The notes under the pieces are model-generated. The model was not told the DNA's origin, searched no databases, and was given only the letters and a program-made list of their open reading frames with translations. Positions 9,466-19,000 of a stretch of DNA of 64,000 nt are shown here, piece by piece (the first letter of the stretch is position 1; each line of letters opens with the position of its first letter). The position numbers and the translations under genes are program-made. This DNA comes from Bacteroidota bacterium. Lineage in GTDB: Bacteria > Bacteroidota > Rhodothermia > JANXDC01. The DNA lies in the NCBI GenBank assembly GCA_025998875.1, contig AP024675.1, positions 629,589 through 693,588 of the forward strand. Direction: 5' to 3'.

Positions 9466-11413
9466 GGCTCGGCTCCTCCATGCTGATGATGCGTTGGTGA
9501 ATTTCTTCCTGAATCGCCTTTAGGAACACCTCCAAAGGGTGTCTTCCCAGATCGCCCTTGCGGTGGCGCCGAACCGCCACCGTGCCGGTAGCCTGCTCTT
9601 GGGCGCCCAGGACAAGCATATAGGGAACCTTCTGGGTTTCCCAGTATCGGATCTTGTAGCCCACCTTTTCATCGCGCTCGTCGAGCTCAACCCGGATCCC
9701 GGCCTGCAGCAGCTGATCCTGTACCGTGCGGGCATAAGGCAGAAAATCCTCACCCACCGGGATCAGGGCGACCTGAACGGGGGCCAGCCAGGTGGGAAAA
9801 GCCCCGCCGTAGTGCTCGATGAGCAGGCCCACGATGCGCTCGAAGGATCCAAAGGGGGCGCGGTGAATCACCACGGGCCGATGTCTGGCCCCATCAGGCC
9901 CCACATACTCGAGCCCGAACCGCTCGGGCATGACGTAGTCGACCTGCACGGTACCCAGCTGCCAGGCGCGACCCAGCACGTCGCGGACCATGAAGTCGAT
10001 CTTCGGCCCGTAGAAGGAAGCCTCCCCGATGCCGATGAAGTACTCCAGCCCCATGCGTTCGGCTGCGGCCCGCACGTCGGCCTCGGCCTGCTCCCAGAGC
10101 TCTTCCGACCCCCCGTACTTTTCCCGGTTGGCCGGATCCCGGAACGAGAGCCGCACGCTCACCGCCTGCAGGCCGAGCGTGCGGAAAACATGTTGCGTGA
10201 GCGCGATCACCTCACAGAGCTCTTCGCGCAGCCCCTCACGGGTAACGAAGATATGCGCATCATCCTGCGTAAAGCCGCGCACACGTATGAGCCCCGTAAG
10301 CTCGCCGGATTGCTCATAGCGGTATACGGTGCCGAACTCGGCGATCCGCAACGGCAATTCCCGGTAGCTGCGCGGCCGGGCCGCATAGATCATAAAATGG
10401 TGCGGGCAGTTCATGGGCTTGAGCAAGTATTCCTCCCCCTCGATCTGCATGGGGGGAAACTGGCTGTCCTTGTAGTATGGATAATGCCCGCTTGTCTTGT
10501 ACAGCTCGATGTTGCCCACATGCGGGGTATAGACGATCTGGTAGCCCCGACGACGCTGCTCCTCGCGCAGAAAACGCTCCAGCTCATGGCGAATTATGGC
10601 GCCCTTTGGCAACCAGATCGGCAACCCCTGACCCACGCGGGGATCGAGCAGAAAAAGCTCCAATTCCTGTCCCAGCCTGCGGTGATCACGCCGTTTAGCC
10701 TCCTCCAGCCGACGCAGGTAATCTTCCAGCATGGACTGCTTCGGAAAGGAGATCCCGTAAATGCGGGTCAGCTGGGGGCGATCCGATCGTCCCCGCCAGT
10801 AGGCGGCGGCCACGTTGAGCAACTTGACGTGCTTGATATAGCCTGTGGAAGGCACATGCGGCCCCCGACACAGATCCGTAAAAGCCCCCTGGGTGTAGAA
10901 GGTGATCGCACCATCGGGGAGCTCTTCGAGCAGCTCCAGTTTGTAGGGATCCCCTTTTTGCCGGAAGTAGGCGATCGCCTCTTCTTTGGAAACCTCCCGG
11001 CGCTGGAAGGGCACATCGCGCCGGATCAGTTCGCGCATTTTCTCCTCCAGCCGGGCCAGATCCTCCCCGGTAAGCCGGCGGTCTCCGAGATCCACGTCGT
11101 AATAAAACCCGTTGTCGATAGGGGGACCGATGCCGAATTTGACGCCGGGAAAGAGCGCCTCCAGCGCTTCGGCCATCACGTGTGCCGTGGAGTGCCAGTA
11201 CGTCTTGCGTCCCCACTCGTCTTCCCAGGTCAACAGACGCACGCGGGCCGAACGGGTAATGGGACGGGTCAAATCCCAGACCTCGCCGTCCACCTCGATC
11301 GCCAGCGCTTCGCGCTCCCATCGGGGACCGAGCTGGCGGGCTACCTGTAGACCTGTAATACCCGCTGGCACCTCCAGAAGACGGCCATCGGGCAGTTGGA
11401 GCTGAATGGACAT
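9440..11413 (-). CDS. thrS: Threonine--tRNA ligase
   Basis: TGS domain, HSTAH, DLCRGPH, RDHRRLG, KPMNCPHH, RVRGFTQDDAH, FYGPKID; start at ATG 11413 (MSIQLQLPDG). Confidence 0.98.
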   Translation of the reverse strand: MSIQLQLPDGRLLEVPAGITGLQVARQLGPRWEREALAIEVDGEVWDLTRPITRSARVRLLTWEDEWGRKTYWHSTAHVMAEALEALFPGVKFGIGPPIDNGFYYDVDLGDRRLTGEDLARLEEKMRELIRRDVPFQRREVSKEEAIAYFRQKGDPYKLELLEELPDGAITFYTQGAFTDLCRGPHVPSTGYIKHVKLLNVAAAYWRGRSDRPQLTRIYGISFPKQSMLEDYLRRLEEAKRRDHRRLGQELELFLLDPRVGQGLPIWLPKGAIIRHELERFLREEQRRRGYQIVYTPHVGNIELYKTSGHYPYYKDSQFPPMQIEGEEYLLKPMNCPHHFMIYAARPRSYRELPLRIAEFGTVYRYEQSGELTGLIRVRGFTQDDAHIFVTREGLREELCEVIALTQHVFRTLGLQAVSVRLSFRDPANREKYGGSEELWEQAEADVRAAAERMGLEYFIGIGEASFYGPKIDFMVRDVLGRAWQLGTVQVDYVMPERFGLEYVGPDGARHRPVVIHRAPFGSFERIVGLLIEHYGGAFPTWLAPVQVALIPVGEDFLPYARTVQDQLLQAGIRVELDERDEKVGYKIRYWETQKVPYMLVLGAQEQATGTVAVRRHRKGDLGRHPLEVFLKAIQEEIHQRIISMEEPSHSQARQKP

Positions 11414-11555
11414 ACCCGGTAATGCCCGTTGCGGGGTGAAATTACGCCACAACGGCCGCCGATAGCAAACCTCCCCCATTGCCCCGCGGCGATGGGGAGC
11501 CGGATATTTTGGAGGTGCAACTTTCGGGGCTTTTCTGCGAAAAACCTCTCTGTCC

Positions 11556-13622
11556 ATGCCGGTCCGCTACAGCCCCCATATCGGCTGGTTGCTGGGAGCC
11601 CTCCTGCTCAACGGGCTCGTCTTCGGGCTCGATGCCTTCCTGTTGGCCCTGCAGACCGGAGTGGAAACCGGTTTGCACGTTCCGGAGCTGGCCCTGTTGC
11701 GTGGGCTCGCCCTCGTGGCCAGCTATACGGCCCTGTTTGTGTACTTTCACCGACGCTACCAATCCTATCGGCCTGAGCCGCTGGAGGCGCTCTGGACGGT
11801 CCTGCTGGCCGGTCTGGGCCTTCTGCTACTGGCCTATGGCTTCGATGCCCTCTCGGGATCGGTCGAGCACCGGGGTGCGGCGGGCGGGATACGAGGCCTG
11901 CTGCGCGCCCGGGTGTTCGACCTCGGACAGGCGCTCTACACTTTCTGGACGCTGTTCAACCTCCGGGAGCTTGTGCTTTTTAAGCGCACCCTGCGGGCCG
12001 TGCGATACTGGAACGCCATGCTGGTGGTCTTCGCCCTGAGCGCCTTTAGCCTCTTCATGGCCTCCTACCAGCAGGCACCCCACCTGATCGCCCGGATCCT
12101 GGGCTTCGTCGCCATACTGCTCATGATCTGGTGCAGCATGCGCCTGGCCTGGATCGTGTACCTGCCTGCCCGGAAAAAACTGCTCGCGCTGCTGCTGGCG
12201 GGTCTAAACCTGCTCGTCATGGCCGTACTCCTGGGAAGCCAGCTGGGCTTCTGGCCCTCGGAGGAGGTCCGCCGGGAGGCGGGTTGGCTGTACGACTATC
12301 CGCTGGAGATGTTCGGCCTGCTCACGCTCGCCTTCGGTATCCTCTACAATAGCACGACCATCCTGAGCACGCTCTTTCATCTGCCCACTTCTTCCATTTT
12401 CGAACGCCGACAGACGGAGCTCTCCAGCCTGCACAACGTCAGCCGGCTGATCACCGAGGTGTTCGACCCGGAAAAGCTCGTGCGCACGGTCACCACCTCG
12501 GCCGCCGAGGCTGTCGGCGCCCGGGCTGCCTGGCTGGAGGTGCTCGACTGGCAGTCCGGAACCGTCCATCCCCGGCTGGCGGCCTGGTGTGGCATCGAAC
12601 CCGAACAGATCGCACACTGGGTGAACGGAGAGCTCTCCCGTATCGTGCTGGAAAACCGACAGACCGTTGTGCTGCACAGCCTGGAGGGCCGATCCGGATC
12701 CCTGGTGGTCGTGCCCCTCTATGCGCGGCAGGAGCCCATCGGGGTGCTCTATGTGCTCAAAGAGGTCTCCTTCGGCTTCGAGGCGGACGATGTGCTCCTG
12801 CTCCGTACGCTGGCCGACCAGGCGGCGCTCGTGCTGGAAAACGCCCGCCTTTTTACCCTCTCCCTGGAACGAGAAAGACTGAAACGGGAACTGGAGATCG
12901 CCCGACGCATCCAGCAACGCCTCCTGCCTCTGGAACTCCCCCGTTACCCCGGTCTGCACATCAGCGCCCGCGCCATGATGGCCGAAGAGGTCGGAGGCGA
13001 TTACTACGACTTTTACGCCCGCCCGGACGGACGGCTGGCCTTCGCCATCGCCGACGTTTCGGGCAAAGGCATCTCGGCCGCTTTTTACATGGCCGAGCTC
13101 AAAGGCATCTTTCAGGTGCTGGCCAGAGAAAGCCTGCGCCCCGTCGAACTGCTCACGCGCATCAACGAGGCCTTGAGCGCCCATCTGGAGAGCCGGCTTT
13201 TCGTCAGCATGCTCGTCGGATGGATGGATATGCGCACTTTCCGCGTCCACCTGGCCCGGGCCGGACACCCCCCCGCCCTGCTACGCCGGTCCAGTGGAGA
13301 AACCTGCTTTCTGCGCACCCGAGGTCCGGGACTGGGTCTGGTCCGGGATGGCCGATTCAGCAGTCTGGTCGAGGAGTGTGAGCTACAACTCGATCCGGGC
13401 GATCTTTTCCTGCTCTACACCGATGGCCTCATCGAGCTGCGCAACGAGCGAGGAGAGGAATTTGGCTATGAACGCCTGTTCGAGATCGTCCATCAGCACG
13501 GATCCTCGGCCCGGGAACTGGAACATGCCCTGCTGGAAGCCGTCGCCACCCACCGGGGAGCCAACCCGTGGCATGATGATCTAACGCTCGTTATCCTACA
13601 ACGCACCGGAGGGGAGCCATGA
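11556..13622 (+). CDS. Membrane-bound GAF + SpoIIE/PP2C serine phosphatase (RsbU-like)
   Basis: About 8 N-terminal TM segments, GAF-like region, ELEIARRIQQRLLP, VGGDYYD, IADVSGKG, YTDG, DDLT. Confidence 0.9.
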   Translation: MPVRYSPHIGWLLGALLLNGLVFGLDAFLLALQTGVETGLHVPELALLRGLALVASYTALFVYFHRRYQSYRPEPLEALWTVLLAGLGLLLLAYGFDALSGSVEHRGAAGGIRGLLRARVFDLGQALYTFWTLFNLRELVLFKRTLRAVRYWNAMLVVFALSAFSLFMASYQQAPHLIARILGFVAILLMIWCSMRLAWIVYLPARKKLLALLLAGLNLLVMAVLLGSQLGFWPSEEVRREAGWLYDYPLEMFGLLTLAFGILYNSTTILSTLFHLPTSSIFERRQTELSSLHNVSRLITEVFDPEKLVRTVTTSAAEAVGARAAWLEVLDWQSGTVHPRLAAWCGIEPEQIAHWVNGELSRIVLENRQTVVLHSLEGRSGSLVVVPLYARQEPIGVLYVLKEVSFGFEADDVLLLRTLADQAALVLENARLFTLSLERERLKRELEIARRIQQRLLPLELPRYPGLHISARAMMAEEVGGDYYDFYARPDGRLAFAIADVSGKGISAAFYMAELKGIFQVLARESLRPVELLTRINEALSAHLESRLFVSMLVGWMDMRTFRVHLARAGHPPALLRRSSGETCFLRTRGPGLGLVRDGRFSSLVEECELQLDPGDLFLLYTDGLIELRNERGEEFGYERLFEIVHQHGSSARELEHALLEAVATHRGANPWHDDLTLVILQRTGGEP

Positions 13623-13990
13623 GCCAGTTTTCCGTCTCCTTTCGCCAGCACAATGGGGTGGATATCCTCGAGCTGCGAGGGGAACTCGATGCCCACACGG
13701 CCTCGGAGCTGGAGGCCGCCTTTGAGCGCCTGCTTCAGGAGGGTCGCTGTCGCGTCGTGATCAACTGCGCCGAGCTGAGCTACATCTCCAGCGCCGGCCT
13801 GGGGGTTTTCATGGCTTATGTGGAGGAGATGCGCAGCCGGGGCGGGGACATCAAGTTCTGCCACATGAGCCCGAAGATCTACAATATCTTCGACCTGCTG
13901 GGTTTTCCCCTGCTGTACGATATCCTGCCCACCGAAACCGAGGCGATCGCCCGCTTTAGCTCCCATGCCCAAACCTCGCAATCGGAGTGA
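13619..13990 (+). CDS. STAS anti-sigma factor antagonist (RsbV/SpoIIAA-like)
   Basis: GELDAHTA and YISSAGLG with the phosphorylatable Ser. Confidence 0.92.
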   Translation: MSQFSVSFRQHNGVDILELRGELDAHTASELEAAFERLLQEGRCRVVINCAELSYISSAGLGVFMAYVEEMRSRGGDIKFCHMSPKIYNIFDLLGFPLLYDILPTETEAIARFSSHAQTSQSE

Positions 13991-14387
13991 GCTCACCATA
14001 CCGAGCCGTACAGAGGCCCTGGCCCGAGTACGCCGGTTTGTGCGTCGAAAAGCCCTGCGCATGGGCTTCACGGAAGAGGCCGTCGACCAGATCGTGATCG
14101 CCGTCGATGAGGCCTGCTCGAACATCATCCGGCACGCTTACGGGGGAGATCCCGCCCAGCAGATCCAGATCGTCGTCGACACCTATCCAGATCGGCTTGA
14201 GATCACGCTCTCCGACCAAGGACGGCGTTTTGATCCGAGCACATACCGGGAACCCGATCCGCAGAAGCTGGCCCGTTCCGGCCAGCGAGGGGGTCTGGGC
14301 CTGCTCCTCATGCGCCGCCTCATGGACGAGATCCAGTACGACTATCGGGATGAGTTCAACATTGTTCGGCTGATCAAATACCTATGA
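13965..14387 (+). CDS. Anti-sigma factor Ser/Thr kinase (RsbW-like, HATPase_c_2)
   Basis: N box DEACSNIIRHAY, G1 DQGRRFDP, G2 GGLGLLLM. Confidence 0.92.
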   Translation: MPKPRNRSELTIPSRTEALARVRRFVRRKALRMGFTEEAVDQIVIAVDEACSNIIRHAYGGDPAQQIQIVVDTYPDRLEITLSDQGRRFDPSTYREPDPQKLARSGQRGGLGLLLMRRLMDEIQYDYRDEFNIVRLIKYL

Positions 14388-16066
14388 CCCCACCCCTCTG
14401 GAACGTCCCTCCGCGCTACGATCTGGACTCCCTGCTGGAGACCAGTCGGCTTCTTGTGGGCTCGCTGGATGCGGACTTTATCCTGGACAACCTGCTCCGG
14501 ATCGCCATGGCCAAGGTGCTCACCTCCCGGGGGGTAATCCTGCTCCGCCAATCCGCAAACCGGTTCCGCGTGGCCCGTGCCCGAGGGATTCCGGACTGGA
14601 GTCCGGGAGCCGAACTTGAGCTGCCCGAAGCATGGCCCCCGAAGGATGGCCGCCTGCATCTGCCGGAATCCCTCCGAAAGCGGGGCCTTGTGTCCTGTTT
14701 TCTGCTGCGAAGCGGACAGGGGTTGCTCGGCCTGCTCGGCCTGGGACCCAAGGCGACCGGAGAACCCTACTCCAGCTATGAGGCCCAGTACATCGAGGCG
14801 CTAGCCAACATCACGGCCATGGGGCTGGAGAACGCCTTCGCCGTCAACCGGCTCCGAGAAATGAACCGGACCCTGGACCGACGCGTGCACGAACTGGAAA
14901 CGCTGCTGGATCTGAGTCGGGCGCTCAACAGCACCCTGGATCGAGAGGTCCTGCTCAAGCGGATCGGCTATACGCTCATGGGCCAGCTGCTGGTGGCCCG
15001 GTTTGCGATCCTGTTCCGCCCCCCGAATCGCCCGACAACCGTGTTGCTGGAACGCGGCCTTGCGCAAGCGCTCTCTGCCGAGCTCATCCCGGAAAGCTGG
15101 CTGCAGGAACCCCGTCCCCGCCGCATCGATCCCGACAGTGCGCTGGCCGCCTGGGGGCTGGAATGGATGGTGCCCATCTGGCTTTCCGATGGCCCGCGCG
15201 GGGTGCTCCTGTTGGGCAGTCGTGCCACGGGCGACCCGTTCGAGGAACAGGAGATCCGCTTTCTGGAGGCCGCCGCCCAGCTGGCCGGTATCGCGCTGGA
15301 GAACACCTATTTGTTTGAGGCGCACCTGGAAAAACAGCGCCTGGAGGAGGAACTGCACATCGCCCGACGCATTCAGCAGGGGCTGCTGCCGCGAACCATA
15401 CCCGATATACCGGGCTGCGAACTGGCCGCTTACTTGCACCCCGTGCGTCCGGTGGGGGGAGACTATTACGACGTACTGCCCCTTGAAGGCGGGCGATTCC
15501 TGCTGGCCGTCGCCGATGTGACAGGAAAAGGGGTGCCAGCCGCTCTGCTCATGGCCAACCTGCAGGCTATGTTGCATGTGCTGGCCCCCATTCCCATGTC
15601 TCTTGAAGAGGCCACAGCGCGCATCAACCGCATTATCTGCCACAATACGGATCCAGGTACCTTTATCACGTTCTTCTGGGGGATCCTCAATCCGGCTGAG
15701 CGCACCTTGCAGTATGTCAATGCCGGTCACGTCCCCCCGCTCCTTGTGCGCGCCAACGGCGACATCGAGGAACTCACCACCGGAGGCCTGCTCCTGGGCG
15801 TCATGGCGGAAACCGGAGCCTATGAGAGTCGAACCATCCAGCTACGTACGGGGGACACCCTGCTGCTCTACACCGACGGCCTTACGGAAACGTGCGATCC
15901 ACAGGGAAACTGCTACGATGAGGACCGCCTGCGGGCCACACTGTCCCGTCTGCGCCACGTACCCGCCTCCCTGCTGATCGAAGCGCTTCTCAGCGATGTG
16001 CGCGCATTCAGCGGAAAAGAAGATTTCGACGACGACCTGACCTTGCTTGTCCTGCGCCTTCTGTAG
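14384..16066 (+). CDS. Soluble tandem-GAF + SpoIIE/PP2C phosphatase (RsbU-like)
   Basis: Two GAF-like repeats ending in ..LEN.., then ELHIARRIQQGLLP, VGGDYYD, ADVTGKG, YTDG, DDLT. Confidence 0.9.
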   Translation: MTPPLWNVPPRYDLDSLLETSRLLVGSLDADFILDNLLRIAMAKVLTSRGVILLRQSANRFRVARARGIPDWSPGAELELPEAWPPKDGRLHLPESLRKRGLVSCFLLRSGQGLLGLLGLGPKATGEPYSSYEAQYIEALANITAMGLENAFAVNRLREMNRTLDRRVHELETLLDLSRALNSTLDREVLLKRIGYTLMGQLLVARFAILFRPPNRPTTVLLERGLAQALSAELIPESWLQEPRPRRIDPDSALAAWGLEWMVPIWLSDGPRGVLLLGSRATGDPFEEQEIRFLEAAAQLAGIALENTYLFEAHLEKQRLEEELHIARRIQQGLLPRTIPDIPGCELAAYLHPVRPVGGDYYDVLPLEGGRFLLAVADVTGKGVPAALLMANLQAMLHVLAPIPMSLEEATARINRIICHNTDPGTFITFFWGILNPAERTLQYVNAGHVPPLLVRANGDIEELTTGGLLLGVMAETGAYESRTIQLRTGDTLLLYTDGLTETCDPQGNCYDEDRLRATLSRLRHVPASLLIEALLSDVRAFSGKEDFDDDLTLLVLRLL

Positions 16067-16077
16067 GAGAGACCGCC

Positions 16078-16635
16078 ATGGATCACGGGCTGAAAGAAAC
16101 CCTTCTGCACAGCCAGCCCCTCGTTGAGGGGGTGCTATTGAAGGTGTATCGGGACACGGTACGCCTGCCCGATGGCCGAACTGCGATCCGGGAATGGATA
16201 CGCCATCCCGGCGCCGCGATCGCCGTTCCCCTCTTCCCGGATGGCAGCACCATCCTGGTACGACAGTTCCGCTACGCGGTGGGCAAAAGCTTTCTCGAAG
16301 TCCCGGCAGGCAAGCTCGATCATCCGGAGGCCGACCCGGAGGAGACCGCAAGGCGGGAGTTAGCTGAAGAAACGGGCTACCGGGCTGGCAAACTCACCTT
16401 CCTGGCGCGTTTCTACCCGTGCATAGGATACTCGAATGAGGTCATGTACCTGTACCTGGCCGAGGAGCTGGAGCCCGTCGTAAGCCACGCCGAAGAGGAC
16501 GAATTCCTGGAACCCGTTCGCCTCCCCTGGACTGAGGCACTCGATCGGATATACCGCAACGAGATCGAGGATATGAAATCCATGCTCGCCCTGTTGCTCG
16601 TAGATCGGTTTCTGACCATCCGGAACGCCCCGTAG
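16078..16635 (+). CDS. NUDIX hydrolase (ADP-ribose pyrophosphatase-like)
   Basis: HPGA, VRQFRY, Nudix box PAGKLD...ARRELAEETG, EEDEFLE, IEDMKS. Confidence 0.9.
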   Translation: MDHGLKETLLHSQPLVEGVLLKVYRDTVRLPDGRTAIREWIRHPGAAIAVPLFPDGSTILVRQFRYAVGKSFLEVPAGKLDHPEADPEETARRELAEETGYRAGKLTFLARFYPCIGYSNEVMYLYLAEELEPVVSHAEEDEFLEPVRLPWTEALDRIYRNEIEDMKSMLALLLVDRFLTIRNAP

Positions 16636-16673
16636 GCATCGGCAGGGAAACGATCTCAGGGAGCACGGGGAGG

Positions 16674-17519
16674 CTATCGCTCCGGCCGGCGAAACCAGAC
16701 AACCCGAGGTTGGCCGGCGTAATCCTGCTCGAGCTTGGCCTCCCACCCGGCCTCACAGAACAGGTTTCGCACGGCCTCCCCGTAGTAGGCGTGCACTTCG
16801 ACGGCCAGCATCCCCCCGGGGCTCAGCAGACGGGGCAGATGCTTCTCTATGAGCCGATAATAGCGCAACGGATCGGTCCCACAGAAGAGGGCCTCCGGGG
16901 GCTCATAGCAGAGCTCCGGTTCCAGCGTCGACCGCTCCTGATCGGGTATATACGGAGGATTGGCCACGATCAGATCAAAGGACGGGCTTTCAGAGAGAAA
17001 ATTCCGATCCGCCACATCCGCCCGCACCCAGTGAACCGGACGGGCAAGCAAATCCCCGTTTTGCCGGGCCACGGCCAGCGCCTTGGGACTTATGTCCACT
17101 CCCCAGACCTCCGCAGAGGGGAAGAGTCGCTGCAAAGTCAGGGCCAGACAACCGGATCCCGTACCGATATCCAGAATACGCCCGGGATGAGCGGACATGT
17201 GCGCTCGCACCACATCGATCAGGCGCTCTGTTTCGGGCCGCGGTATGAGCACGTCCGGAGTAACCCGAAACACATCCTCATAGAAAGGGGCCCATCCCAG
17301 AATGTAGGCTACCGGTTCCCGCCGCAGACGCCGACTGAGCAACTGCAGAAATCGCGTCTGCTCCGACTCTCCTACGAGCTCACGGGAACGCATGTAGAGC
17401 TCCAGCCGTCCACATCCGAGCACATGGGCCAGGAGCCATTCTGCGCTCTGGCGTGCCTCAGGAACGCCGCAGCTCTCCAGATGCCACACAGCCTGCTGCA
17501 GTACATCCCGAATGGTCAT
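16674..17519 (-). CDS. prmC: Peptide chain release factor N5-glutamine methyltransferase
   Basis: EPVAYILG, VLIPRPETE, DIGTGSG, NPPY. Confidence 0.95.
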   Translation of the reverse strand: MTIRDVLQQAVWHLESCGVPEARQSAEWLLAHVLGCGRLELYMRSRELVGESEQTRFLQLLSRRLRREPVAYILGWAPFYEDVFRVTPDVLIPRPETERLIDVVRAHMSAHPGRILDIGTGSGCLALTLQRLFPSAEVWGVDISPKALAVARQNGDLLARPVHWVRADVADRNFLSESPSFDLIVANPPYIPDQERSTLEPELCYEPPEALFCGTDPLRYYRLIEKHLPRLLSPGGMLAVEVHAYYGEAVRNLFCEAGWEAKLEQDYAGQPRVVWFRRPER

Positions 17520-17524
17520 CTGCC

Positions 17525-18319
17525 CTATCGGCCGAATTCATAGGAGAGGTACAGGGCTACCCCTTGGGAACGAGCGTACTCGGGCACATCCCGCGAGGTA
17601 ACCATGTGCGCCACGATAACGGGGAACAGCTTCCGACTTCCAGCAGGATCGATCTCCGCCAAACGACGCTTGAGGAAACGGTCCACATCGTTTCTGGAAA
17701 GCTGCACCTTGCTTTCTCCCACGATGAGTACCGGCAACCCATCCCTGCGCGCCCGCGCCAGGATATTGACCTCTATTTCTTGCCCCTTGCGGTCGGTGAG
17801 GTAGTCTCGTCTCAGGGGCTCTTCGAGCACGATCCCGTAGTCCCGCTCCAGGAGGGCGGGCAGATACCGGTACGCCTCGTTCTCCAGCGTGTATCCAACC
17901 GTAGCGGCCAGACCACCGAGTTGCCGGTTGGTCTCATCGATACGCCGATTTGTCTGCTCCAGCCGGTGGGCAAGCCGTTGTAACTGCTCTTCCGTCTTCC
18001 GCTGCGCCTCGGCTAGGGCATCTACCCGAGCCGTGAGCAGCCGTTGTGCTTCGGCTAGCTCATCTACCCGGGCCGTGAGCAACCGTTGTGCTTCGGCTAG
18101 TTCATCTACCCGGGCTGTGAGCCTTTCAAGCTGCTCTTCCGTCTTCCGCTGCGCCTCGGCTAGGGCATGGAGGACTCCTTGCAGCGCTTCCCAGTCGGCT
18201 TTTGTGACCGTCCGGGCCAGCTCTTCATAGAACTGGCTCATCACCTCGGCCAGACGCCGGGCGCCCTCCTCTCCAAGGGGTTCGCGCAGGTAGTAGTATA
18301 TCTGCAGCGTATCGGGCAT
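17525..18319 (-). CDS. Coiled-coil heptad-repeat protein with C-terminal PD-(D/E)XK nuclease-like domain
   Basis: LTARVDELAEAQR repeats; C-terminal GYTLENE...EIEVNIL...IVGESK; ATG at 18319. Confidence 0.7.
   Translation of the reverse strand: MPDTLQIYYYLREPLGEEGARRLAEVMSQFYEELARTVTKADWEALQGVLHALAEAQRKTEEQLERLTARVDELAEAQRLLTARVDELAEAQRLLTARVDALAEAQRKTEEQLQRLAHRLEQTNRRIDETNRQLGGLAATVGYTLENEAYRYLPALLERDYGIVLEEPLRRDYLTDRKGQEIEVNILARARRDGLPVLIVGESKVQLSRNDVDRFLKRRLAEIDPAGSRKLFPVIVAHMVTSRDVPEYARSQGVALYLSYEFGR
17984..18168. repeat. Intragenic tandem repeats (42-bp units plus a 38-bp exact duplicate)
   Basis: 42-bp units at 18019-18060, 18061-18102 and a partial one from 18103; ctgctcttccgtcttccgctgcgcctcggctagggcat at 17984-18021 and 18131-18168. 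Confidence 0.9.
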
Positions 18320-18338
18320 GATCAAAAATTATAAACGC

Positions 18339-18362
18339 AAAAGCCGGGCTGAAGTGCCCGGC
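18339..18362 (-). terminator. Intrinsic terminator after tRNA-Phe
   Basis: Minus strand GCCGGGC-acttca-GCCCGGC followed by TTTT. Confidence 0.7.
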
Positions 18363-18367
18363 CTCGG

Positions 18368-18440
18368 TGGACAGGGAGGGAGTCGAACCCCCGACACGAG
18401 GATTTTCAGTCCTCTGCTCTACCGCCTGAGCTACCTGTCC
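18368..18440 (-). tRNA. tRNA-Phe (GAA), CCA not encoded
   Basis: GGACAGGTAGCTCAGGCGGTAGAGCAGAGGACTGAAAATCCTCGTGTCGGGGGTTCGACTCCCTCCCTGTCCA folds as a cloverleaf. Confidence 0.97.
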
Positions 18441-18486
18441 AGCGCGGCCGTAAAATACGCACGCGCCTCTTCCCCCGTCAAGGCCT

Positions 18487-18996
18487 CTATTGCGGGGCTC
18501 GCATGCGCACGAAGTCCTCAAAGGGCATGCGCTCAAAGGCCCGCTCGCCCACATAGCGCAGGATGAGCAGAAACCGATCCGGGGGATGATACCCGGGCAG
18601 AGGAGCGATAAGCGTCCCGTCCGGCTCCAGAAACAGCGTGGTCGGATACCCCGATACCCGGAAGGCGCGCGCCAGCTGCGCCGGGGTCACGGTCTGTCCT
18701 CGAAACACAAACCGGCTCTCTGTATCCTCGGCGTTAAGGCGTATGGGTACGAACGTGCGCCCCAGATAGGCCTGCACATCGGATCGGCTGTAGACCTCCC
18801 GATCCATACGCCGACACCAGGAGCACCAATCCGTATAGACCGCTATGAGCATCGGTTTCCCTGACCGGCGGGCTTCTTCTAGTCCGGAGGCCGGGTCGAA
18901 CCATCGAAACTCCGGCGACTGCGCTCGCACGGGCAGAGACATCCCCACCACCAGGAGAACCCAGAACAGCTGTGCTCTGTAGAGCAGACCGTGCAT
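18487..18996 (-). CDS. Exported thioredoxin-fold protein (SoxW/DsbD-C-like)
   Basis: Signal peptide, YTDWCSWCRRM, cis-Pro loop GYPT; start taken at ATG 18996. Confidence 0.85.
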   Translation of the reverse strand: MHGLLYRAQLFWVLLVVGMSLPVRAQSPEFRWFDPASGLEEARRSGKPMLIAVYTDWCSWCRRMDREVYSRSDVQAYLGRTFVPIRLNAEDTESRFVFRGQTVTPAQLARAFRVSGYPTTLFLEPDGTLIAPLPGYHPPDRFLLILRYVGERAFERMPFEDFVRMRAPQ

Positions 18997-19000
18997 GACG

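Noticed and set aside
9539..11350. 603-aa ORF antisense to thrS, and similar long antisense or alternate-frame ORFs (524-1885, 12204-13268, 58301-59659, 59675-61003)
   Set aside because: Shadow ORFs of real genes in a GC-rich genome; no recognisable motifs
17984..18168. Repeat array as a possible CRISPR
   Set aside because: Repeats are in-frame, tandem and lack unique spacers; they encode coiled-coil heptads; no cas genes
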